Part shown: one piece after another, positions 28,651 to 38,522 of the stretch
Layout: each line of letters opens with the position of its first letter
Position numbering within the stretch: the stretch's first letter is position 1
Assembly: GCA_965263035.1 (NCBI GenBank)
Contig: OZ253580.1
Span: 2,304,001-2,368,000, forward strand
Direction: 5' to 3'
DNA length: 64,000 nucleotides
Source of the DNA: Acidobacteriota bacterium
GTDB taxonomy: Bacteria > Acidobacteriota > UBA6911 > RPQK01 > JAJDTT01
The notes under the pieces: generated by a model
What the model saw: only the letters and a program-made list of their open reading frames with translations
The model's database searches: none
Told to the model about the DNA's origin: nothing
Translations under genes and position numbers: made by a program

Positions 28651-29769
28651 TCAGGCTTCCGATTGGGGCACGGCGAACGGTTCGAGGGACAGCGAGGTCG
28701 GGCTGTTCGTCAGCAGTTGTGACATCAGGAGACCGGAAGCGGGGGCGAGCAGGATTCCGTTGCGGTTGTGCGCCGTGGCGACGTAGAGGTTCTCGAATTC
28801 CGGGAGACGGCCCAGGAAAGGTCCACCCCGGCGAACGGCCGGCCGCAGACCGGCCCATGAGGTCACGAAGGTGGCATCCGACAGGCCCGGAGCCACGTGA
28901 GAGGCCCAGTCGAGCAGTTCGAGGACCCCGTGTACGGTGCTCGTCTTGTCGAAACCGACCGCTTCCTCGGTAGCGCCCACCAAGAGCTTTCCATCGCTTC
29001 TCGGCACCAGGTAGTGGCCGTTGTTGTTCACGACCTGACCGAGTTTTCCCGGCAGCGACTCCAGGAGCACGATTTCGCCCTTGGAGGAGTAGACGGGCAG
29101 GTTCACTCCCACCCGGTTGCCCACCAGACCGGACCAGGCGCCCGTGGCCAAGACGATGCTTCCCCCTTGGATTCGATCCTCGGGAGTCAGAATGGCGGTC
29201 ACGCGTCCGGACCGGACCTCCATGTCCACCACCGGACTATGCTCCACGATTCGTGTTCCCAGCCGTTGGGCCGCCAGCGAAAGCGCCCGCACCAGGCGGG
29301 GAGGCCGGATCGAGCCGTCTCCGGGGAAACGGATCGCAGCCCGGGTCTCCCGATTGAGCGCCGGCTCCAGCTCGAACAGGTCGGACGGCTCCAGAAATTC
29401 GACCTCGATACCCGTCAGAACGGCCCCTCGATAATAGTTCCTGGCACTCTGGATCCCTTCCTCGTCCAGAAAGACATGAATGCCGCCGGTGGATCGATAC
29501 TCCGGGTCCACTCCGCTCAGCTCTACGAGCTCCTCGACCAGAGCCTCGAACAGGTTCCGGCTCAACGTCGCCAAGCGCTCGTAGGGATGGGTACTGGCGG
29601 GATGTCCATGGGGCAGGATGCCGGCGGAAGCCCAGGAAGCTTCCCGTCCGACCCGGCCCCGCTCCAGAAGCAGGACCGAGACTCCCTCTCTGGCCAGATG
29701 GTAAGCGACGGCGCAGCCGATGACTCCCGCGCCGACGACGATGACGTCCGCCGATTTCGATTTCACCAT
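28651..29769 (-). CDS. thiO: Glycine oxidase ThiO / DAO family FAD oxidoreductase
   Basis: GAGVIG, EASWASAGIL, WAGLRP, H.RNGILLAP. Confidence 0.85.
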   Translation of the reverse strand: MVKSKSADVIVVGAGVIGCAVAYHLAREGVSVLLLERGRVGREASWASAGILPHGHPASTHPYERLATLSRNLFEALVEELVELSGVDPEYRSTGGIHVFLDEEGIQSARNYYRGAVLTGIEVEFLEPSDLFELEPALNRETRAAIRFPGDGSIRPPRLVRALSLAAQRLGTRIVEHSPVVDMEVRSGRVTAILTPEDRIQGGSIVLATGAWSGLVGNRVGVNLPVYSSKGEIVLLESLPGKLGQVVNNNGHYLVPRSDGKLLVGATEEAVGFDKTSTVHGVLELLDWASHVAPGLSDATFVTSWAGLRPAVRRGGPFLGRLPEFENLYVATAHNRNGILLAPASGLLMSQLLTNSPTSLSLEPFAVPQSEA

Positions 29770-29870
29770 GGATTGAAGGAGTTTATTCTAAGTGCATATG
29801 CAAAAAACCGCCACTGAGCGCGACCCGGGTCGCATCCTGCCTGAAGCCGGCGCCATCGGCTCGGACGAGA

Positions 29871-31358
29871 TCAACTCCAGATCAGAGGTAACCACCAGTT
29901 GGCCGCCGCGAACAGCAGGATGGCGAAAGCCAGGTTCAGGGCCAGCCCGGCACGGATCATCTCGCCGATCCTCAGGTGTCCCGATCCGAAGACGATGGCA
30001 TTGGGCGGGGTGGCCACCGGAAGCATGAAGGCGCAGGACGCCGCAGTGGTGGCAGCCAGCATCAGCGGGTAGGGCTCCTCCCCGGTGGCGGCGGCGAGCG
30101 CCGCCATGATGGGGATGAAGATGGTGGCCGTCGCCGTGTTGGAGGTGAGCTCGGTCAGGAAGATGACCACCAGAATCGCCGCCAATACCAGCACGGCATG
30201 AGGAAACCCTTGCAAAATCGACAACTGGTCGGCCATCCAGGCTCCGAGGCCCGATCCCTGGATCCCCTTGGCCAGGGCCAGCCCTCCGCCAAACAGGATC
30301 AGCACTCCCCAAGGGATCTGCTTGGCGTCGGACCATTCCAAGAGCTTCGGTTCCCGTGCCGAGAGCGCGAACAGCAGGAGCGCCCCCAGGATGGCGATCA
30401 TGGTGTCGCTCACGTCCTCGAGACCGATCCGATCGAACCCGTGGGGCCAGAGGCCACGCAAGATCCAGAGGCCGGCCACGGAGACGGAGATCAGGAGCAC
30501 CCTCCTCTCCGCGGTGCTCATCGCTCCCAGAGAGGCGATTTGCCGCCGAATATGGCTGCCGGCGGAGTCGGAACGGGGCTCGCGTCCCAGGGGACAGGCC
30601 ATCCGGGTCAGGTAGAACCAAGCCAGGGGAACTCCCACGGCCACCAGGGGAACTCCGTAGAGCATCCAGTCCAGGAAGGTCACGGTCCGGCCCATGTTGG
30701 ACTCGAGATAGCCCACGAGTATGGCGTTCGGAGGACTTCCCACGATGGTTCCCAGCCCTCCGATGGAGGCCGCGTAGGCCACTCCCAGCATCAGGGCCTT
30801 GCCGAAGTTGGACCCGGCGGCCCCGCCCGGACCCTGCACCTGGGTCGCGACACCCAGGGCGATGGGAACCATCATGACCACGCACGCCGTGTTGGAGATC
30901 CACATGGAGAGGAGCGCGGTAGCTGCCATGATGCCCAGCACGACCCGGCGGGGGTCCAGGCCGAACAGCCCGACGGCCCTGAGGGCGACGCGACGGGCGA
31001 GGCCCGACTTCTTGAATGCCGCCGATATCAGGAACCCGCCCAGGAACAGGAAGATGACGGGATGGCCGTAAGAGAGGGTCACCTCCTTGGCGGGCACCGC
31101 TCCGCTCGCGGGAAACAGGACGATGGGGAGCAGCGCGGTGGCCGGAAGCGGAATCGCCTCGGTCATCCACCAGCAGGCCATCCAGAGAGCCGCGGCCCCG
31201 ACCGCCAGAGCCTCGGCCTTCATGGTTCCCTGCCCCAGCCAAAGAACGCTCAAGAAGAGCACGGGACCCAGGACAAGCCCCATCCACCGGACCCATCCGG
31301 ACCCGGCACCGGCCTGGTCAGGGGCCGATCCGGAGTCTGAAACCTCCTGGTTTTTCAT
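29871..31358 (-). CDS. DASS/SLC13 sodium-coupled anion symporter
   Basis: SMWISNTA, GSPPN, TELTSNTAT, FMLPVATPPNAI. Confidence 0.93.
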   Translation of the reverse strand: MKNQEVSDSGSAPDQAGAGSGWVRWMGLVLGPVLFLSVLWLGQGTMKAEALAVGAAALWMACWWMTEAIPLPATALLPIVLFPASGAVPAKEVTLSYGHPVIFLFLGGFLISAAFKKSGLARRVALRAVGLFGLDPRRVVLGIMAATALLSMWISNTACVVMMVPIALGVATQVQGPGGAAGSNFGKALMLGVAYAASIGGLGTIVGSPPNAILVGYLESNMGRTVTFLDWMLYGVPLVAVGVPLAWFYLTRMACPLGREPRSDSAGSHIRRQIASLGAMSTAERRVLLISVSVAGLWILRGLWPHGFDRIGLEDVSDTMIAILGALLLFALSAREPKLLEWSDAKQIPWGVLILFGGGLALAKGIQGSGLGAWMADQLSILQGFPHAVLVLAAILVVIFLTELTSNTATATIFIPIMAALAAATGEEPYPLMLAATTAASCAFMLPVATPPNAIVFGSGHLRIGEMIRAGLALNLAFAILLFAAANWWLPLIWS

Positions 31359-31503
31359 GGGGTTCGCTTCCGAATCGAAAACTTACCAGTTCCGGGCCGG
31401 GATTTCCCGCCCGATTCGCAGAACCCCTGAATGAAGACTTGAGACGACCACAGCGGCGGTTGTCTCCAGGTTTAGCGGACTCTCCCGTTCTTCCCCCCCG
31501 GAT

Positions 31504-31528
31504 TCGGGGGTTGGAAACCCCCGCTCCT
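31504..31528. repeat. Single GGAG-type REP variant
   Basis: TCGGGGGTTGGAAACCCCCGCTCCT. Confidence 0.6.
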
Positions 31529-31598
31529 GCATCGCTTGCGGGAAACGCATTCCCGGTAATACCCTTTGACTGCGAATCTCCCGAATGAGGTCTCCATC

Positions 31599-32954
31599 AT
31601 GAAGAACCCTGAATTCCGTTCGTTCCGGCTCGCAGCTCGCGTTCTCAGCGCTCCTCTGGCCTGCCTCTGCCTGGTCTGGGCGGTGTTGGCTCCCCAGGTC
31701 GTGCATGGTGAAGACTGGCCACAGTGGAGAGGACCCGCACGGGATGGAGTCTGGCGGGAGACCGGGATCGTCTCAGAACTCCCGCAGGAGCTGAACTTCA
31801 AATGGAGGATGGAAATCGGTCAAGGTTACGCTGGGCCGGCGGTGGTGGGAAACCGGCTCTACATTACCGACCTGGTGTCGGCGGCAGATGACCAGACGTC
31901 CGCCGGCAGCCGGGAGCGGGTACTCTGCATGGACGCCGGGACCGGCGCCACTCTCTGGAAGCACGAATACGCCCGCGACTATGAGATCTCCTACCCGCAA
32001 GGACCTCGCGCCACTCCCACCGTCCACCAGGGCAAGGTCTACACCCTGGGGGCCATGGGGGACCTGCTCTGCCTGGACGCCGCCACCGGAAAGGTCCTGT
32101 GGTCCCGGAACTACATCCGGGATTTCGGCGCCCAGGCGCCTGTCTGGGGGTTTTCCGCCGCTCCTCTGGTGGACGGCCGGAAACTCATCGTGATCGCCGG
32201 AGGGAACGAGAACCGTTGCGTCCTGGCCCTGGACAAGGAGACAGGCCGCGAGATCTGGCGATCGCTGGAAGCCGACGAACCGGGCTACTCGGCGCCGGTG
32301 ATCTTTCAGTTCGGCGGCGCCCGCCAACTCGTCATCTGGAATCCGAAGGGACTCTACGGGCTCGATCCGGAGACGGGCCAAGTCTATTGGAGCCGGGAGT
32401 TCCCCGTCCGGAACGGACTCACCCTGGCCACGCCCATCTTCGATCCCGACCGGAATCTCCTCTTCGTGAGCGCCTTCTACGACGGTCCTCTCATGATGCG
32501 CACCCGTTCGGAGCAACCGTCGGCGGCCCTGCTCTGGAAGGGCAGGAGCACCAGCGAAATCGAGACCGACGGCCTGCACTCCCTCATGTGCACGCCGGTC
32601 CTGGACCGGGGTCATCTTTACGGGGTGGACAGTTACGGTCAGCTTCGCTGTCTGGACGCGCTGACCGGACAGCGGGTCTGGGAGACGTTGAAAGCCACGG
32701 GAAAGGGACGCTGGTGGAACGCCTTCCTGGTGCGGCACCAGAACCGGTTCATCATCCTCAACGAGCAAGGAGAGATGATCTTCGCCAGGCTCTCTCCCGA
32801 AGGCTACCAGGAGACGAGCCGGACCACCCTGATCGAACCGGTGGTTCCCATCCAGAGACGTCTCACCGTCTGGTCCCACCCTGCGTTCGCCAACCGGTCC
32901 ATCTACGCCAGGAACAACCGGTCGATCGTCTGCGCCGATCTGTCCGCCCGCTGA
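31599..32954 (+). CDS. PQQ-binding-like beta-propeller repeat protein
   Basis: DWPQWRGP.RDG; repeated LDA.TG..W; WSHPAFAN. Confidence 0.88.
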   Translation: MKNPEFRSFRLAARVLSAPLACLCLVWAVLAPQVVHGEDWPQWRGPARDGVWRETGIVSELPQELNFKWRMEIGQGYAGPAVVGNRLYITDLVSAADDQTSAGSRERVLCMDAGTGATLWKHEYARDYEISYPQGPRATPTVHQGKVYTLGAMGDLLCLDAATGKVLWSRNYIRDFGAQAPVWGFSAAPLVDGRKLIVIAGGNENRCVLALDKETGREIWRSLEADEPGYSAPVIFQFGGARQLVIWNPKGLYGLDPETGQVYWSREFPVRNGLTLATPIFDPDRNLLFVSAFYDGPLMMRTRSEQPSAALLWKGRSTSEIETDGLHSLMCTPVLDRGHLYGVDSYGQLRCLDALTGQRVWETLKATGKGRWWNAFLVRHQNRFIILNEQGEMIFARLSPEGYQETSRTTLIEPVVPIQRRLTVWSHPAFANRSIYARNNRSIVCADLSAR

Positions 32955-32974
32955 GGCGCTGCGTCCCCCGAAAC

Positions 32975-34282
32975 CTAAGTCACCAACCGCGTCGACCAGT
33001 GGTCCCGATACTCCCGGGTCAGCAGGGCGTTGGCCTCCGGGTCGTCCGTGATGGTCTCGGTGGCGGGATCGAACGAGTAGCTGCCCCGGGTCCGGCCGGC
33101 GATGTTCCCCAGGTGGCAGAGGGAGGTCGACAGGTGGCCCACCTCCGCGTCGCAATTGGGCGTTTCACGGGTCCGGATACAATCGATGAAGTTGGCGTAG
33201 TGTTCCCGGCCGCGCCGGTTCTCGGCCAGTTCCTGTCGAACCAGCCGGTTCCGGGAATCGTAGATGCGGAAGCCGTACGTGCGGTGTCCGTCGAAGTAGC
33301 CGGAGACCGCCTTGCCTTCGGTGCCGTAGACTTCCACGCCGTTCTGGCCGTTGTTCATCTTGTAGCTGTTCCAGAGCCGCATTTCGTACTGGATGACCGT
33401 GTCCTCGTAATCGAAGACGACGGTCTGGGTGTCGGGCGTCTGCTGGTCGTCGTCGAAGTAGAGCTTGCGACCGGCGCCGGTGACGTGTCTTGGCAGACCC
33501 GCCTTCATCACCCAGCGCGCCACGTCGATCCAATGGACACCGTCGTTGCCTATGTCTCCGGCCCCGTAGTGCCAGTGCCAGTTGACGGTGCCGTTGTAGT
33601 GGTTGCGGTTGAAGGGGAGCACCGGGATGGGACCGTTCCAAAGATCGTAATTGATCCCGGCCGGGACCGGTTCGTCCTCCTTGTGGCCGATGTTCCGGCG
33701 CTTCTGGGTGTTCCAGACCTTGGCCATGAGCAGGTCGCCGATCTTGCCCGACTGGCAGTACTCGATGAATCGGTGGGTGTTGGGACGGCTCCGGGACTGG
33801 GTCCCCACCTGCACCACCCGATCGTACCTGCGTGCTGCCTCCACCATGAGGCGGCCCTCACGGACGTTGTGGGAGACGGGCTTTTCCACGTAGACATCCT
33901 TGCCGGCTTCACAGCAGAGAATGGTTCCGGGAGCATGCCAATGGAGGGGGGTGGCGATGACGACCGCGTCCACCGACTTGTCGTCCAGAACCCGCCGGAT
34001 GTCCTCCTCCATCTTGGGGCGTTTCCCCTGGGTTTCCTCCGCGATCTTGAAAGCGGGCCCCACCACGTTCTGGTCCACGTCGCAGATGTAGGCCAGATCC
34101 ACGTCGGGCATCTCGCCGAAATACCGGGTCAATACCGGGCCGCGGCCCCGGACGCCCATCATGGCCACAGTCACCTTGTCGTTGGCCGAGACCCGCTTGC
34201 GGCCGCCCAAACCGGCTGCAGCGGCCGATCCAATCGCCGCCCCGCCGGCCAAACTCGCACCGAGAAAACTTCGCCTGTTCAC
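32975..34282 (-). CDS. Tat-exported Gfo/Idh/MocA oxidoreductase
   Basis: NRRSFL Tat motif; ATPLHWH; VYVEKP. Confidence 0.9.
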   Translation of the reverse strand: MNRRSFLGASLAGGAAIGSAAAAGLGGRKRVSANDKVTVAMMGVRGRGPVLTRYFGEMPDVDLAYICDVDQNVVGPAFKIAEETQGKRPKMEEDIRRVLDDKSVDAVVIATPLHWHAPGTILCCEAGKDVYVEKPVSHNVREGRLMVEAARRYDRVVQVGTQSRSRPNTHRFIEYCQSGKIGDLLMAKVWNTQKRRNIGHKEDEPVPAGINYDLWNGPIPVLPFNRNHYNGTVNWHWHYGAGDIGNDGVHWIDVARWVMKAGLPRHVTGAGRKLYFDDDQQTPDTQTVVFDYEDTVIQYEMRLWNSYKMNNGQNGVEVYGTEGKAVSGYFDGHRTYGFRIYDSRNRLVRQELAENRRGREHYANFIDCIRTRETPNCDAEVGHLSTSLCHLGNIAGRTRGSYSFDPATETITDDPEANALLTREYRDHWSTRLVT

Positions 34283-34390
34283 GGAATTACCTCCTGGTCA
34301 GGATGGATGAAATACTAGGTTTTGGATATCATCCTTTGCTCTGAGAAGCAAGGCGACGGACCCATCCATGGGCAACGATTGGGACGTAAG

Positions 34391-34537
34391 AGAGCACCCA
34401 CAAGGGGTGCCCCTACGGTGACGCCGCCGGGCTCGAAGATGCGTAGGGGCGCACCCTTGTGGTCGTCCTCGGGCGGCGGACGTGTCGATGGAGCCAAGGT
34501 TGAGATGTAGGAGGGCACCCACATGGGGTGTCGCCAC
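34391..34537. repeat. Cluster of three GTAG-type REPs
   Basis: AGAGCACCCACAAGGGGTGCCCCTAC, GTAGGGGCGCACCCTTGTGG.., AGGGCACCCACATGGGGTGTC.. Confidence 0.75.
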
Positions 34538-34563
34538 GGGAGCCGGGTTGGCGTCTGCAGGTC

Positions 34564-35148
34564 ATGATGCATGATATCCCTGAAGGAGCCATAGTCCGAT
34601 GTGAGTGGGCGGTGGGGCATCGGCTTCTCGCCGAGTATCACGACCGGGAATGGGGGGTTCCGGTGCACGACGACCGGAAGCTGTTCGAGTTTCTGGTTCT
34701 GGACGCCTTTCAGGCCGGGTTGAGCTGGCTGACCATTCTCAAGAAAAGAGAGAACTTTCGGGCAAATTTCGACGGGTTCGATCCGGAGCGGATCTGCCGA
34801 TACGGCGAGGACACGATCGCCCGGCTGCTCCAGGACCCGGGGATCATTCGGAACCGGCTCAAGGTGAAGGCTACGGTGAGTAACGCCCGCTGCTTTCTGA
34901 GGGTCCAGGAGGAGTTCGGGTCCTTCGACCGGTACATCTGGCAGTTCACCGGCGGCCGGACGCGCGTCAACTCCTTTCACAGTCAGAGCCGGATTCCAGC
35001 CAAGACCCGTCAATCCGAAGCCATGAGCCGATCCCTCAGGAAGCGGGGGTTCCGCTTCGTGGGGCCCACCATCTGCTACGCTTTCATGCAGGCCGCGGGC
35101 ATGGTGAACGACCACGTCACCGGCTGTTTCCGCTACGGACAACTCTGA
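34564..35148 (+). CDS. tag: DNA-3-methyladenine glycosylase I
   Basis: RC.W, YHDREWG, QAGLSW, IIRNRLK, FVGPTI, NDH...C. Confidence 0.95.
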   Translation: MMHDIPEGAIVRCEWAVGHRLLAEYHDREWGVPVHDDRKLFEFLVLDAFQAGLSWLTILKKRENFRANFDGFDPERICRYGEDTIARLLQDPGIIRNRLKVKATVSNARCFLRVQEEFGSFDRYIWQFTGGRTRVNSFHSQSRIPAKTRQSEAMSRSLRKRGFRFVGPTICYAFMQAAGMVNDHVTGCFRYGQL

Positions 35149-35168
35149 GCCGGAAGCGGCCCCGACGG

Positions 35169-36227
35169 CTATTCGACCAGCGTTCCCAGCGAGATCTGCA
35201 GCACCAGGTAGACCACGTAAATGAGCAGCAGCGGGGCGCCATACCATCTCTGGAAGTAGCCCCTGGAGGAGGCCCGGAAGATGAAGATCCGGAACAGGAC
35301 CAGGATCCCCAGCATGAAGGGGAGGTGGACGTAGAGGAGGATCTGGGGCAGCGAGGCTCCCGCCTCCACCACCGGCAAGGGGGCAGCAACGGCCGAAAAA
35401 CCGACCACGAAGAGGACGTTGAGCACATCGGCGCCGATGATGTTGCCCACCAGCAACTCATTGTGCCCCCGGCGGATGCTGGTCATGCCGATCACCAGCT
35501 CCGGAAGCGAGGTCCCGAAGGCGACCAGCGTCGCGGCGATCACGACCTTGGGGATGAACCAGTGGTTCTCCGCCAACTCGATCACGCTGCAGATGAGGAC
35601 CCGGCTGGAGAACAGCACCAGGACCAGGCCGCCCAACACTCCGATCCAGAGCCGGACCGTACCCTGGGACGCGTCACCCGCCTCGCTGCCCATCTGGGCC
35701 GCCAGCTCGGGATGGCCCCGGCTCCAGCGAACCGAAAAAAAGAGATAGGCCGCCAGCAGCAGTACGAAGAGAAGTCCCATCGTTCGGCCGATGACGGCCT
35801 CGTTTCCCGCGACCCTGTAGACGCCCCAGCAAACGAGCACCAGAAACAAACCGGAGCCGAACTGGACCCAACCCTGGCGGTTGAGGATGAACCGATCCGC
35901 CGGAAGCCGGGACAGAAGGCACCCCAGGCCGAAGATCAGGCCCGAGTCGACGATGATGGAGCCGACGGCGTTTCCCAGGGCCAAGCCCGGTTCACCGGAC
36001 CAGGCCGCCACCACCGAGACCGCGCACTCGGGACTGGTGGTCCCGAGAGAGACGATGGTGGCCCCCACCACTATCTTGGGGACACCTAACCCCTGGGCGA
36101 TCCCCGAGGCCCCCACCACCACCAGATCGGCCGCTTTGACCACTACGGCCACGGCCGCCGCCAAGAGCAACAGCAGCGCCCACTGGGGCAGACCGGAGAA
36201 CCACGCTTCGGGAATCAAGTATTCCAA
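35169..36227 (-). CDS. Ca2+/Na+ antiporter (YrbG-like)
   Basis: Alpha repeats GTTSPE and GTSLPE. Confidence 0.9.
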   Translation of the reverse strand: MEYLIPEAWFSGLPQWALLLLLAAAVAVVVKAADLVVVGASGIAQGLGVPKIVVGATIVSLGTTSPECAVSVVAAWSGEPGLALGNAVGSIIVDSGLIFGLGCLLSRLPADRFILNRQGWVQFGSGLFLVLVCWGVYRVAGNEAVIGRTMGLLFVLLLAAYLFFSVRWSRGHPELAAQMGSEAGDASQGTVRLWIGVLGGLVLVLFSSRVLICSVIELAENHWFIPKVVIAATLVAFGTSLPELVIGMTSIRRGHNELLVGNIIGADVLNVLFVVGFSAVAAPLPVVEAGASLPQILLYVHLPFMLGILVLFRIFIFRASSRGYFQRWYGAPLLLIYVVYLVLQISLGTLVE

Positions 36228-36334
36228 ATCGCTGCTCCTACCTCACCGCCTCTTTCTGCAAACCGCCTTATGTTCCGGTTCCGGCGCCGGAAACTCAAGG
36301 GTGCGTTCCCGAAAGTGACTCCAGCCCTCGCCTG

Positions 36335-36495
36335 GGAGTCTGCGCGGTAGAAATGATCGTAGCGAGAAAGCGGGGAATCGAGGCCGGATTTTCTCGATTT
36401 GGAGGTGCATAGTCGTTCTATTCGCCGAGAAATCGGGGAAATATGGACCGATTCTACCGCTTTCGCAGTAGCTCAATTTCTGCGGCGCAGGCTCC
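36335..36495. mobile_element. MITE family 1, full-length copy (161 bp)
   Basis: Terminal inverted repeats GGAGTCTGCGCGGTAGA...TCTGCGGCGCAGGCTCC; near-identical to 41524-41684 (inverted). Confidence 0.88.
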
Positions 36496-36609
36496 TAGGC
36501 CCGAGCATCGCCACCCACCGTCTTGGCCGTCGCAAAGGAGATTGGGCGGGCATCGTAGTAGACTGGGCAGAGACATCGCCGAACCGTTCGAGGGAGGAGA
36601 AAACGGGCC

Positions 36610-37929
36610 ATGAAGGAGCAATCGAATCGACGGTCATTCCTGAAGCGCGTGGGAATGGGAAGCCTGGCCGCGGCCGCGGCTCCGGCCATCATCCGGGCAA
36701 GGTCCTCCCACTCCCGGCTCCGTCTGGCCGGCGTGGGAGTGGGAGGCAAAGGATGGACCGACCTGGGCGAGTGTGCCCTGGGCCACGACGTGGTGGCCAT
36801 CTGCGACGTCGACGAGCGTCGGCTGGAACGGGCCGCACACCGTTATCCCGGCGCCAGGAAGTACACGGACTGGCGCAAGCTCCTGGAGCAGAAGGACATC
36901 GACGCCCTGACCATCTCCACCCCCGACCACATGCACGCACCCGTCACCTTTCAGGCCCTGTCCCTGGGCAAGCACGTGTACACGCAGAAACCCCTGACCC
37001 ACTCGGTCTACGAGGCGCGCGCCCTGACTCGATTGGCGAAGGAGAAGGGCGTCGTGACCCAGATGGGCATCCAGCATCACTCCCTGGCTCCTTTGAGGAC
37101 GGGTGTCCAAGCGGTCCGGGACGGGGTCATTGGAAAGGTCCGGGAAGCGCACGTCTGGACCAACCGTCCCGGGACCTACTGGAGACAGGAAATCCAGCGT
37201 CCATCCTGGAGCGATCCGGTGCCCGATCACGTCCACTGGGACCTGTGGCTGGGCGTGGCTCCCGAAAGGCCGTATGTGGACGGAGACGTCTACCATCCCT
37301 TTCACTGGCGGGGGTGGTGGGATTTCGGCACCGGTGCTCTGGGAGACATGGGCTGCCATCTGATAGACCCCGCCATCAATGCCCTGGAGTTGGGCCCCCC
37401 ATCCACGGTCTGGGCAGAGGGCACCGATCCTCTGCCGGAGAGCGGTCCCCGCTGGTCCATCGTCCACTACGAGTTTCCGGGCACCCGGCACACGACGCCG
37501 ACCCTGCCCCTGACCTGGTACGAAGCGGGGATGCGGCCGCCTCGCCAGCTCTACGGCGCCCCCGATGACTGGCCCGGCTGGACCAACGGGAATCTGCTGA
37601 TCGGTGAGAAGGGAAACCTGCTGATGGGCGGGGGCCAACGTCCGATCCTGTTCCCCGTAGAACGTTTCGCCGACTACGTCTTCCCCACCCAACCGGACGA
37701 GAGTCACTACACCCAATGGGTCAACGCCATTCTGGGAAAGGACACGGCTTCCACCGACTTCTCGTACTCGGGGCCGCTGACGGAAACGGTGCTGTTGGGG
37801 AACGTGGCCTTCCGAACCGGCAAGAAATTGAAGTGGGACAGCGCCAATCTGAAGGCGGCCGGAGTCCCCGAGGCGGACCGGCATCTGCATCGTCCCTACC
37901 GCAAGGGCTGGGAAACGGGAGGTCTCTGA
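36610..37929 (+). CDS. Tat-exported Gfo/Idh/MocA oxidoreductase
   Basis: NRRSFLK; STPDHMH; YTQKP; GALGDMGCH. Confidence 0.9.
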   Translation: MKEQSNRRSFLKRVGMGSLAAAAAPAIIRARSSHSRLRLAGVGVGGKGWTDLGECALGHDVVAICDVDERRLERAAHRYPGARKYTDWRKLLEQKDIDALTISTPDHMHAPVTFQALSLGKHVYTQKPLTHSVYEARALTRLAKEKGVVTQMGIQHHSLAPLRTGVQAVRDGVIGKVREAHVWTNRPGTYWRQEIQRPSWSDPVPDHVHWDLWLGVAPERPYVDGDVYHPFHWRGWWDFGTGALGDMGCHLIDPAINALELGPPSTVWAEGTDPLPESGPRWSIVHYEFPGTRHTTPTLPLTWYEAGMRPPRQLYGAPDDWPGWTNGNLLIGEKGNLLMGGGQRPILFPVERFADYVFPTQPDESHYTQWVNAILGKDTASTDFSYSGPLTETVLLGNVAFRTGKKLKWDSANLKAAGVPEADRHLHRPYRKGWETGGL

Positions 37930-37942
37930 GTTCCGTTCCGAC

Positions 37943-38488
37943 TCACCCCGCCGGAAAGGCGCCGGTCCGCTTCAGCCGTTCGACCTGGTCGTAGTGGCGG
38001 TCGGTGTGGAACCGGAGAAATTCCAACCGCTGGTAGGCGTCCAGGGGTCCCGACAGGTAGTGCAGATCCAGCACCTGGGACGGGTCCAGTCCCGACAAGA
38101 CCTGGGGGAGACGCTCCAGAGTCGACTGGCAAGCTTCGTAGCGGGCGATCCAATAGGACAGGGGGCCCTCCGCCACGGGGTCGGTCTCGGCCATGGCCAT
38201 CTCCTTGGGCTTCCAGGTCCTGGCGATCACTTCCTCGATGGGCAGGCCCCGGTGGACCGGTTCGCCGACCTGGAAGGGCACTCCCCGGCCCAAGGCTTCG
38301 GCCGCCAGCCAGATCCGCTGGACACCCCTTTGCTCCGACAGGACCAGGTGCTCGATGTGCGCCTGGACCGACCAGCCGTCGGCCGCCGCCTTGAAGGTGG
38401 CCTGAGCGGCCGTCAGTCCCCGGTTGGCGTCGATGATCCGGCGCCGCGCGGCATCCGACGCCTCGATTCGCTCAAGAATCCGATCCAT
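37943..38488 (-). CDS. DinB family protein
   Basis: WSVQAHIEHL...FHTDRH. Confidence 0.8.
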   Translation of the reverse strand: MDRILERIEASDAARRRIIDANRGLTAAQATFKAAADGWSVQAHIEHLVLSEQRGVQRIWLAAEALGRGVPFQVGEPVHRGLPIEEVIARTWKPKEMAMAETDPVAEGPLSYWIARYEACQSTLERLPQVLSGLDPSQVLDLHYLSGPLDAYQRLEFLRFHTDRHYDQVERLKRTGAFPAG

Positions 38489-38522
38489 GATTCACCTCGA
38501 TCTGCACGGTGGAAAACCGGCA

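Noticed and set aside
29770-29870. TPP riboswitch upstream of thiO
   Set aside because: No clear TPP aptamer consensus is recognisable in the short gap, and no other thi genes are adjacent.
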